39,834 nucleotides of DNA, from NCBI GenBank assembly GCA_046262075.1, contig JBHENL010000060.1, forward strand, positions 1-39,834, read 5' to 3'. This document shows positions 30,158 to 37,877 of the stretch, piece after piece. The position numbers were made by a program, and so were the translations under genes. The stretch is from Gemmatimonadota bacterium. Lineage in GTDB: Bacteria; Gemmatimonadota; Gemmatimonadetes; JACCXV01. The notes under the pieces are model-generated. The model ran no database searches. It was not told where the DNA came from and was given only the letters and a program-made list of their open reading frames with translations. Each line of letters opens with the position of its first letter. Positions within the stretch are counted from its first letter, which is position 1.

Positions 30158-30990
30158 CGCCGGCCGGTCCCGACGTCGCCGGCGAGTTCCACGTCTTCGC
30201 GGTCAGCGACGGGACGGGCGATACCGTCGAGAAGATGGCGCGCGCGGCGTTGCTGCAGTTCGACGAGACGCACGTGGTGCTGCACCGGATCAACCGGGTG
30301 CGCTCCATGAGCGAGGTGAACGAGGTGCTCGAGCGCGCCGCGGCGACGCACGGAATCGTGATCCATACGCTCGTCGACGAGTCCATGCGCAGCCACCTCA
30401 ACGCTCGCGCCCGGCACGCCGGCATCCCGGCGGTGGACCTGCTGGGGCCGCTGCTGGGCGACCTGGGTCAGCTCTTCGCCGCCCCGGCTCGGGTGCGGCC
30501 CGGCGCCTTCCACCAGGTGGACGAAGCGTACTTCCGCCGGATCGACGCGATCGAGTTCACGCTGAAGCACGACGACGGGCAGGCTCTCGAGACGCTGCCC
30601 GACGCCGAGGTGGTGCTCGTCGGCATCTCCCGGACGTCCAAGACGCCGCTCTCCGTCTACCTGGCGCACGAGGGCTACCGCACCGCGAACGTGCCGATCG
30701 TGCGCGAGATCGGGCCGCCGCGCGAGCTCTTCGCCGCCGACCAGCGACGGGTCGCAGCGCTCACGATCGACCCCGAGGCGCTGCAGGTGATCCGTCGCGA
30801 GCGCCTGCGCCGCTACCGGCACCCCGACGGCACGAGCTACGCGGACCTGAGCCAGATCGAGGAGGAGCTGGAGTACAGCCGCGAGGTCTTTCGCCAGAAC
30901 CGGCTCTGGCCGGTGATCGACGTGACGGGGCGCGCGATCGAGGAGACCGCGAACGAAGTCCTGAAGGCGCTGGGTCTCGTGTCGGTGTAG
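30154..30990 (+). CDS. Kinase/pyrophosphorylase (DUF299), PEP synthase / PPDK regulatory protein family
   Basis: 278 aa. FAVSDGTGDTVEKMARAAL, P-loop VLVGISRTSKTPLSVYLA and GYRTANVPIV are diagnostic of PpsR/PDRP. GTGA overlap with larB. Confidence 0.9.
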   Translation: MTPAGPDVAGEFHVFAVSDGTGDTVEKMARAALLQFDETHVVLHRINRVRSMSEVNEVLERAAATHGIVIHTLVDESMRSHLNARARHAGIPAVDLLGPLLGDLGQLFAAPARVRPGAFHQVDEAYFRRIDAIEFTLKHDDGQALETLPDAEVVLVGISRTSKTPLSVYLAHEGYRTANVPIVREIGPPRELFAADQRRVAALTIDPEALQVIRRERLRRYRHPDGTSYADLSQIEEELEYSREVFRQNRLWPVIDVTGRAIEETANEVLKALGLVSV

Positions 30991-31016
30991 ATTGGGGTGG
31001 ACGCGACACCCGGAGG

Positions 31017-31412
31017 ATGCGCATGCAGCTGACGCACAGGCCGCACCAGCCGGAGGGTATCGAGCGCGAGGAGCGATCGCTGGCCCAGGAGCTGCTGATG
31101 CTCCTGCCGAACTTCGTGCGACTGGCCAGGGGCCTGCTCACCGACCGGCGCGTCCCCGCGCGCCGCAAGCTCCTGCTCGCGGGCCTCGTCGCCTACCTCG
31201 TCTCGCCCATCGACGTGATTCCCGACTTCATCCCCGGGCTCGGGCAGATGGACGACCTCCTAGTCGTCGTGCTCGTGCTGCACGGGCTGCTGAGCAGCGT
31301 GGACGAGGAGGTCCTGCTGGAGCACTGGCAGGGACGCCCCGACGTGATCCTGCTCATTCGACGGGCGGCGCAGGTCTTCGCCCGCCGGCTGCCGGTCCAG
31401 CTGGGCCGCTGA
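31017..31412 (+). CDS. DUF1232 (YkvA-like) membrane protein
   Basis: RRKLLLAGLVAYLVSPIDVIPDFIPGLGQMDDLLVVVLVL is the DUF1232 core motif. Confidence 0.8.
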   Translation: MRMQLTHRPHQPEGIEREERSLAQELLMLLPNFVRLARGLLTDRRVPARRKLLLAGLVAYLVSPIDVIPDFIPGLGQMDDLLVVVLVLHGLLSSVDEEVLLEHWQGRPDVILLIRRAAQVFARRLPVQLGR

Positions 31413-31438
31413 GGCGCCGCTCTCCGCGGCGTTCCTCC
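31413..31438 (+). terminator. GC-rich hairpin after the DUF1232 gene in a convergent gap (candidate terminator)
   Basis: CGCCGC-TCTCC-GCGGCG (31415-31431) followed by TTCCTCC. It lies in the 73-nt gap between two convergent genes. The U-tract is weak. Confidence 0.3.
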
Positions 31439-31485
31439 GCGCGACACGATTTCTCACGGTCTGCCGGGCCTAGCTCGCTAGCGGC

Positions 31486-33564
31486 TCATTCCAGTCCTGC
31501 ATCTTCGAGAAACCGAGTGAAGCGCGGGTCCCCTCGGAGGGGGTCGTACAGCGGATCCACCTTGGGAAAGGTAAAGCCTCCCAGACTATCCCAGATCCGG
31601 ACGTCCAGCCAGCGAAAGGCGCCGTCGTAATCCTTCAGGGCGACGTAGATCTCGGCGATGCAGGGAACGCATGGCTCGGCGTCCGCCTCCAGTTCGGCCA
31701 GCAACTCCAGAGCTTTGCGGCGCTGGCCGAAGCGCGCGTGGGCGCGGGCGAGAGCGGCCCGCGGTATGGCGCCGTCCGGGGAGAGGGCGACCGCCCGCTC
31801 CGCCGCTTGCAGGGCCTCCACCCCCCGACCCTGCGCAGCATGGATGTCGCTCAACATTCGAAGGGGACCGGCGAGCTCGGGAGCGAGCTCGTTCGCCCTT
31901 CGAGCCATCTCTTCCGCCCGATCGAAGTCGCCGCTGAGCCAGAGCGCCGTGGCGTAGGAGCCGTGCACGGCGGGCGCCAGCGGATCCAGCTCGACGGCGC
32001 GGCGGAATATCCGGAGCGCCTCGTCCAACCTGCCCAGCTCGGTGAGTGCAATCCCGTACCAGTGGTAGGCGCTGACGTAGCTCGGCGCGAGTTCGATGGC
32101 CCGGCGAAAATCCGCCAGAGCGGATTCCCATGCGTGGTCGACACGAGCACGAAGATGCCCCCGCGTGGCGAGGGCCTCGGCCAGCTCCGGCTCGAGGGCG
32201 AGCGCTCGCTCGACCTCCTGCCGCGCCCGCGGCAAAGCCTCCCCACGCGAGCGATAGCGATATCCCGCCAGCTGGGTGTACGCGTCGGCCAGGCCGGCGT
32301 GGGCTTCGGCGAACGACGGATCGCGGGCGATGGCTCGCTGGAAGTGGTCGACCGCCAGCTCGAGTCCCTCCCGGGTCCGCCGCCTCCACGCATGCCGTCC
32401 CCGCAGGTACAGCTCGTACGCCTCGAGATCTGGAGGTTGCTCGCGGAGCCGGAAGATCTCCAGCCCCCGGGGCAGCCGCAGATCGAGCGCCCCGGCAACG
32501 GCCCGCGCGATCTCCTCCTGGACCGCAAATACGTTGGCCGGCTCGCGGTCGTAGGTCTCCGACCAGAGCTGATACCCGGTTCGGGCGTCCACGAGCTGGA
32601 CCGTGACACGGAGCCGCTGCCCGGCCTGGCGAACGCTTCCCTCGAGGACGGTGCCCACCGCGAGCTTCTCGCCGATCTCGCGCGCGTCGACATTCCCTCC
32701 TTTGAAGGCGAACGAGGAGGTGTGGCCGGTTACCCGCAACCGCTCGAGGCGACCCAGGGTACCGATCAGCTCCGCGGTCATACCGTCGGCGAAGTACTCG
32801 CTCTCGGGATCGGGGCTCAGGTTGTCGAACGGCAGAACCGCGAGCGATGCGGTAGCCGCCGCCAGGTCGCGCGTGACGCTGGGCCGCGAGGCTAAATCTC
32901 GGTCCCCGGTCTCAGCCCTCCGGACGAGGAGGCCGAAGACGAGAAGCACGGCGCTCGCCGCGGCGGCCACGTAGAGGATCCCTCGCCCAGGTATCGCGCG
33001 GCGAATCCAGGCCGTGGCGCGGTCGCCGCGTCGCGCGGCCGGGTCGCTCGGCGCGACCTGAAAGGCGCGGAGGGGCGCCGCGAGACCCTTGAGCCGGCGC
33101 TCTCCGAGAGGGGTGAACCAGAGCTCGGTTCTTTGACGCAGCGAGCGCCACACGTCCTCGCTGACGACGACCTGTCCCGGATCGGCGCTCTGCTGAAGCC
33201 GCGCCGCCGTGTTCACGCCGTCTCCGTAGAGATCGCCGCCCGCGCCGGGAACGACCTCCCCCACGTGGATTCCCACCCGAAGCCGAGCCCCCGGAACGAG
33301 AAGACCGGCCCGCTCCGTGAAGCGCCGCTCCAGAGCCAGGCCGGCGCGGACCGCAGCCTCCGCGCTCGCGAACTCGGCCAGCCCGCCGTCACCCGTGGCT
33401 TTCACCAGCCGCCCGCCGTGCTCGGCGAGGACCTCGTCCATGAGCCCTCGCAGCTGCTCGACCAGCGCGAGCGCGGACGTCTCGTCACGAGAGGCCAATC
33501 GGGAGTATCCGACGATGTCGGCGAACCACACCGCCGCCAGGCGGCTGGAGATGTTCGCGGACAC
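31486..33564 (-). CDS. Class III adenylate/guanylate cyclase fused to TM, TolB-N-like and TPR domains
   Basis: 692 aa. N-terminus AVWFADIVGYSRL...KATGDGGLAEF...GIHVGEVV...GDGVNTAARLQ (CYCc). One TM helix. LAVLPFDNLSPDPESEYFADGMTAELI (TolB-N-like). Multiple TPR repeats at the C-terminus. GTG start. Confidence 0.88.
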   Translation of the reverse strand: MSANISSRLAAVWFADIVGYSRLASRDETSALALVEQLRGLMDEVLAEHGGRLVKATGDGGLAEFASAEAAVRAGLALERRFTERAGLLVPGARLRVGIHVGEVVPGAGGDLYGDGVNTAARLQQSADPGQVVVSEDVWRSLRQRTELWFTPLGERRLKGLAAPLRAFQVAPSDPAARRGDRATAWIRRAIPGRGILYVAAAASAVLLVFGLLVRRAETGDRDLASRPSVTRDLAAATASLAVLPFDNLSPDPESEYFADGMTAELIGTLGRLERLRVTGHTSSFAFKGGNVDAREIGEKLAVGTVLEGSVRQAGQRLRVTVQLVDARTGYQLWSETYDREPANVFAVQEEIARAVAGALDLRLPRGLEIFRLREQPPDLEAYELYLRGRHAWRRRTREGLELAVDHFQRAIARDPSFAEAHAGLADAYTQLAGYRYRSRGEALPRARQEVERALALEPELAEALATRGHLRARVDHAWESALADFRRAIELAPSYVSAYHWYGIALTELGRLDEALRIFRRAVELDPLAPAVHGSYATALWLSGDFDRAEEMARRANELAPELAGPLRMLSDIHAAQGRGVEALQAAERAVALSPDGAIPRAALARAHARFGQRRKALELLAELEADAEPCVPCIAEIYVALKDYDGAFRWLDVRIWDSLGGFTFPKVDPLYDPLRGDPRFTRFLEDAGLE

Positions 33565-33700
33565 GATTAGAGCTGACCGAGCAGGTACGTCATGCGAGGT
33601 GTTCTCGAGAGACGCTCGCGGTCGGCTCCGACCGAGCTGGCGTGTTTGACCAAGATGTCGAAGCTGCCGCGGTCGAGCAGAGCCGGGGACACTACCGATG

Positions 33701-33769
33701 GTGGGTCAGTTTGAACCTACGAGGGGTGCAATGTCCTTCACGGACCACGCAGCTATCAAACTGACCCAC
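33701..33769. repeat. Perfect 14-bp inverted repeat (GTGGGTCAGTTTGA / TCAAACTGACCCAC) with a 41-nt spacer
   Basis: Arms at 33701-33714 and 33756-33769 are exact reverse complements. They lie in the 276-nt, comparatively AT-rich divergent spacer between the cyclase and yicC. Confidence 0.6.
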
Positions 33770-33788
33770 GACCGATCCCCAGCCGAGT

Positions 33789-33816
33789 TTGTGTTTCCAG
33801 CGCATACGCGTACATT
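33789..33816 (+). promoter_or_regulatory. Candidate yicC promoter (TTGTGT-16 nt-TACATT) followed by strong RBS GGAGGAG
   Basis: TTGTGT 33789-33794 and TACATT 33811-33816. GGAGGAG at 33828-33834 lies 6 nt before the TTG 33841 start. Confidence 0.3.
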
Positions 33817-33840
33817 CAAAGGTTTTCGGAGGAGAGCGCC

Positions 33841-34725
33841 TTGGTCCGCAGCATGACCGGCTTCGGCCGGGGAGAGGCGTCCGCCGACGGGCTGCATCTC
33901 ACCGCCGAGGTGAAGACGGTGAACCACCGTTTCTTCACGTCGACGATGCGGCTGCCGCGGGAGTACGCCGGGCTCGAGCAGCGCCTGACGGCCCGGGTGA
34001 AGGAATGCGTCGAGCGGGGGCACGCGAGCATCAGCTTCGAGCTCCTCTCGGACGGGCGGCCCGACGCCGTGTCCGCGCTCAACCGCGACGTCCTGCAGGG
34101 CTATCTCGCGGCCCTCCACGAGCTTCGCGACCTGGTGAAGGTCGAAGGCCAGGTCGACCTGACGCAGATGCTCTCGCTGCCGGGCGTCCTGGAGCGTGGC
34201 GCGCGCCCGTCTCCGGCCGAGGACCAGTTCCTTGCCGCGGCCGGCGCTGCCCTGGACGGGGCTTTGCAGGGGCTCGTCGCGCTGCGCGAGCAGGAGGGCG
34301 CACGGCTGCGCGCGGATCTCGAGGCGCGGCTGGCGGAGGCCGAGGCGGCCGTGGAGCGCATCGCCATCCTCGCCCCCGAGCGGGAGCGCCGCGAGCGCGT
34401 GCGCCTGGCGGGCAAGCTGCAGGAGCTGCTCGGCGGCGTGGACGTCCTCCTCGAGGGCAGGATCCTGCAGGAGGCCGCGATGCTGGCCGACCGCGTCGGG
34501 ATCGACGAGGAGCTGACCCGGTTCCGGGCGCACCTGGCACTCTTCCGCGAGACGATGGACGGCCCCGCCGCGTCCGGTCGCCAGCTCACCTTCGTGCTGC
34601 AGGAGATGCTGCGCGAGGTGAACACGATGGGCTCGAAGGCGAACGACAGCCAGATCGCGCAGGAGGTCATCGCCGTCAAGAACGAGCTCGAGAAGCTGCG
34701 CGAGCAGGTGGAGAACATCGAGTGA
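33841..34725 (+). CDS. yicC: YicC family stress-induced protein (putative endoribonuclease)
   Basis: N-terminus MVRSMTGFGRGEA...TVNHRF and C-terminus QEMLREVNTMGSKAND...VKNELEKLREQVENIE are YicC N- and C-domain signatures. yicC-gmk-rpoZ-coaBC is a conserved synteny. Confidence 0.9.
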   Translation: MVRSMTGFGRGEASADGLHLTAEVKTVNHRFFTSTMRLPREYAGLEQRLTARVKECVERGHASISFELLSDGRPDAVSALNRDVLQGYLAALHELRDLVKVEGQVDLTQMLSLPGVLERGARPSPAEDQFLAAAGAALDGALQGLVALREQEGARLRADLEARLAEAEAAVERIAILAPERERRERVRLAGKLQELLGGVDVLLEGRILQEAAMLADRVGIDEELTRFRAHLALFRETMDGPAASGRQLTFVLQEMLREVNTMGSKANDSQIAQEVIAVKNELEKLREQVENIE

Positions 34726-35411
34726 CGGGTTCGGCGGCCCCGGCCGCGCTCGGCGCCGAAGACTCGATCGCGCCGCGGCGCAGGTCGTTCCCCGTCGTCC
34801 TGTCGGCGCCCTCCGGCACGGGGAAGACGTCCGTCGGCAAGGCGATCCTGAAGCGCTTCCCGGAGCTCGCGTTCTCGGTTTCGGCGACGACGCGGCCACC
34901 CCGCGCCGGCGAGGTGGAGGGCCGTGACTACGAGTTCCTCTCGGAGGAGGCGTTCCTTCGGGGCGTGGACGGCGGCGTCTTCGCGGAATGGGCCCGGGTG
35001 CACGCGCACTACTACGGCACGCCGCGTGACGCCGTCGAGCGGCCGCTCGGCGAGGGACGGCACGTCCTGCTGGACGTGGACGTCCAGGGGGCGCGGTCGC
35101 TGCTGTCGCTCTACCCGTTCGCGGTCTCGATCTTCCTGCTTCCGCCCTCGCGCCGCGCGATGGCGGAGCGGCTGCGGGCGCGCGGGACCGAGGACGAGCA
35201 AGCGCTGCGCGAGCGGCTCGCGGGCGCGTTGCAGGAGGTCGCGCAGGCCAAGCTCTACCAGTACGTGCTCGTGAACGACAGCCTCGGGAGCACGATCGAC
35301 CTGTTCGAGCACATCCTGCGCGCGGAGGAGCAGCGGCGCAGCCGGATCGCCAACTGGACACCCTGGATCGAGGCGGCGTTTCGCGCCGCCGGAGGAGGCG
35401 AACGCACATGA
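34722..35411 (+). CDS. gmk: Guanylate kinase
   Basis: GTG 34722 (GTGA overlap). P-loop LSAPSGTGKTS, SVSATTRPPRAGEVEGRDYEF and YYGTP. The upstream part of track ORF 33789..35411 is an alternate frame of yicC. Confidence 0.92.
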   Translation: MTGSAAPAALGAEDSIAPRRRSFPVVLSAPSGTGKTSVGKAILKRFPELAFSVSATTRPPRAGEVEGRDYEFLSEEAFLRGVDGGVFAEWARVHAHYYGTPRDAVERPLGEGRHVLLDVDVQGARSLLSLYPFAVSIFLLPPSRRAMAERLRARGTEDEQALRERLAGALQEVAQAKLYQYVLVNDSLGSTIDLFEHILRAEEQRRSRIANWTPWIEAAFRAAGGGERT

Positions 35412-35620
35412 AGGTCTTCACCCCGGGTCAGGTCGCCACCGAGACGGGCAGCAAGTACGAGGGCGTGATGGTCGCCGCCGCGTACGCGCGCAAGCTGAAC
35501 GAGCTCCCGAAGGTGGGCGGCAAGGAGTGGAAGAAGAAGTACACCACCCGCGCGCTGGAGGAGCTGACGCAGAGCAAGCTCCAGTACGTGGTCCGGGAGA
35601 AGCCGAAGCGCCTGGGCTGA
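35408..35620 (+). CDS. rpoZ: DNA-directed RNA polymerase subunit omega
   Basis: 70 aa. GSKYEGVMVAAAYARKLNE matches the omega core (xxKYxLVxxAAxRARxL). It sits in the conserved gmk-rpoZ position with an ATGA overlap with gmk. Confidence 0.75.
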   Translation: MKVFTPGQVATETGSKYEGVMVAAAYARKLNELPKVGGKEWKKKYTTRALEELTQSKLQYVVREKPKRLG

Positions 35621-35624
35621 TGCC

Positions 35625-36938
35625 GTGGAACGCGCCTCGAGCTCGCTCAGCCGCCGTTCCGGCGCCCCCGCGTCGCAGCCGGCCGAAGCCGTCGGCGGGG
35701 AGCCCGGAGCGCCGCCGTTGCGCTCGATCACGCTGGGCGTCTGCTCGGGCATCGCCTGCTACCGCGCGTGCGACGTCCTGCGGGAGCTGCGCCGGCGTGG
35801 CTTCCGCGTCCGCGTGGTCCTCACCGGCAACGCCCGCCGCTTCGTGGGCCCCGAGCTGTTCGAGGCGCTCTCCGGGGAGCCGGTGGGCACCTCCACCTTC
35901 GAGACTCGTGGCCTCGAGGGACGCTATGCCCGCTACCCCCACCTCTTCTTCGCCCGCGACGCCAGCGCATTCGCGGTCGTGCCCGCCACCTACAACCTGA
36001 TCGGCAAGCTCGCCGGCGGCCTCGCCGACGACCTGCTCACGACCGCCCTCGCCGCCACGGACGCCCCCGTCGTGCTGTTTCCGGCGATGAACGCGCGCAT
36101 GTACGCGCAGCCCGCCGTGCAGGAGAACCTCGCCCGGCTGCGCACACGCGGTGTGCGGGTCGTGGAGCCGGACCGCGGCGAGCTGGCGTGCGGCGACGAG
36201 GGGGAGGGACGGCTGGCTGCCACGGAGCGGATCTGCGACGTCATCACGGCCGCGGCCGCTCCGGTGCGCGCGAGCCTCTCGGGAAGACGCGTACTCGTCA
36301 CCGCGGGCCCCACCCGCGAGCCCATCGACCCGGCGCGCTTCCTCTCCTCCGGGTCGACGGGAGCGATGGGCTTCGCCCTCGCGGCCGAGGCCGCGCTCCG
36401 CGGGGCACGGGTCGTGCTGGTGTCCGGGCCGACCCACCTGGCGGCGCCCCCCGGCGTGGAGGTAGTGGCCGTGGAGACCCACGCGCAGATGCGCGAAGCG
36501 GTGCTGGCCCGCTCCGCGGACGCCGACGCCGTGCTCATGGCGGCCGCGGTCTCGGACTACCGGCCGGCAAGCCCGAGCGCGGGGAAGATCAAGAAGACGG
36601 AACCGGCGTGGAACCTTCCCCTCGAGCGCACCGAGGATATCTTGCAGGAGGTCTCGCTGCGTCGCGACGAGGGAACGCTGCTCGTCGGGTTCGCTCTCGA
36701 GACGGAGCGGCTCGAGGAGAACGCGCTCGAGAAGCTCCGGGAGAAGCGGCTCGACTGGATCGTGGCCAACCCCGCTCTCGAGGAGGGCGCGGGCTTCGGC
36801 GGCTCGACGAACCGGGTCGTGGTGCTGGGGAAGAACGGGGAGCGCGTGGCCTTCCCCCTCCTGCGCAAGACGGAGCTCGCCGGGCGGCTCTGGGACCTGT
36901 TCGCCGCGCCCAGGCCGCAGCCCGCCGCGGCGCCCTAG
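35625..36938 (+). CDS. coaBC: Bifunctional phosphopantothenoylcysteine decarboxylase / phosphopantothenate--cysteine ligase
   Basis: N-terminal flavoprotein domain (ITLGVCSGIACYRACDVLRELRR...VVPATYNLIGKLAGGLADDLL) and C-terminal CoaB domain (VLVTAGPTREPIDPARFLSSGSTGAMG...AAAVSDYRP). Confidence 0.92.
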   Translation: MERASSSLSRRSGAPASQPAEAVGGEPGAPPLRSITLGVCSGIACYRACDVLRELRRRGFRVRVVLTGNARRFVGPELFEALSGEPVGTSTFETRGLEGRYARYPHLFFARDASAFAVVPATYNLIGKLAGGLADDLLTTALAATDAPVVLFPAMNARMYAQPAVQENLARLRTRGVRVVEPDRGELACGDEGEGRLAATERICDVITAAAAPVRASLSGRRVLVTAGPTREPIDPARFLSSGSTGAMGFALAAEAALRGARVVLVSGPTHLAAPPGVEVVAVETHAQMREAVLARSADADAVLMAAAVSDYRPASPSAGKIKKTEPAWNLPLERTEDILQEVSLRRDEGTLLVGFALETERLEENALEKLREKRLDWIVANPALEEGAGFGGSTNRVVVLGKNGERVAFPLLRKTELAGRLWDLFAAPRPQPAAAP

Positions 36939-37048
36939 CCACCGGCCTTTCCCGCTCGCACGGCAAGGGTCAGCAGCTCGTCCCGGACCCGTGCACCGAG
37001 CGTCCGCTCCGCGTCGGTTCCAGCCGCCGCACGTCCACGTCGAGGTTC

Positions 37049-37864
37049 ATGCCGGGTTCTCGCGAGCGCCTGATCCACGTCCTGACCCGGATCCAGAGAA
37101 ACGGGGAGCGCTCGCTGTTCTTCGTGTCACCGCGGCCCGGGAGCGGGTCGCCCGCCGGCGCGGCGGAGGGGATCGCGAGCGAGGATGTACGGGGGCGGGC
37201 CGCCGGAGATCCGAGGTCCGGCCCCGGAGCCGTGCCCGGATCCGCGGCCGAGCGCCACGTGCAGACGTCGTGGACCGAGATGGAAGAGCGCGTGCGCACC
37301 TGCACGCGGTGCCGGCTCTGCCAGACGCGCACGAACGCGGTCTTCGGCAGCGGCACGCGTCGGACGCGGCTCTTCATCCTGGGCGAGGGACCGGGAGCGC
37401 AGGAGGACCTGCGCGGGGAAGCCTTCGTGGGCCCGGCGGGCGAGCTGCTCACGAAGATCCTGCGGGCGATCGGATTCGAGCGCGACCAGGTGTTCATCAC
37501 GAATGTCGTGAAGTGCCGCCCCCCCGCCAATCGCGCTCCGTTGCCGGACGAGGTCGCCGCCTGCGCCTCCTACCTCGACGCGCAGCTCGATCTCGTCCGG
37601 CCCGCGGCGATCCTCTCCCTGGGGGCGTCGGCGACGCGGCGGCTGCTGGACACGACGCTGCCGATCGGCCGGCTGCGCGGCCGCGTGCACCTCTACCGCG
37701 AGATCCCCGTGGTGCCCACCTACCATCCCGCCGCCCTGCTCCGGAGCCCCGAGTACAAGCGGCCGACGTGGGAGGACGTGCAGCTCCTGCGGCGAGTGTA
37801 CGACGAGCGGCTCGAGGCGGCGCCGGCGAGCGCCGGCACCCGCGCTTCGGGCTCCCACCCGTGA
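37049..37864 (+). CDS. Uracil-DNA glycosylase, family 4 (Fe-S type)
   Basis: CTRCRLCQTRTNAVFGSG...LFILGEGPGAQEDLRGEAFVGPAGELL...FITNVVKCRPPANR...HPAALLR are family-4 UDG motifs. There is a ~75-aa N-terminal extension from ATG 37049. The rest of track ORF 35768..37864 is an alternate frame of coaBC. Confidence 0.88.
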   Translation: MPGSRERLIHVLTRIQRNGERSLFFVSPRPGSGSPAGAAEGIASEDVRGRAAGDPRSGPGAVPGSAAERHVQTSWTEMEERVRTCTRCRLCQTRTNAVFGSGTRRTRLFILGEGPGAQEDLRGEAFVGPAGELLTKILRAIGFERDQVFITNVVKCRPPANRAPLPDEVAACASYLDAQLDLVRPAAILSLGASATRRLLDTTLPIGRLRGRVHLYREIPVVPTYHPAALLRSPEYKRPTWEDVQLLRRVYDERLEAAPASAGTRASGSHP

Positions 37865-37877
37865 CGAGGGCGCACCG

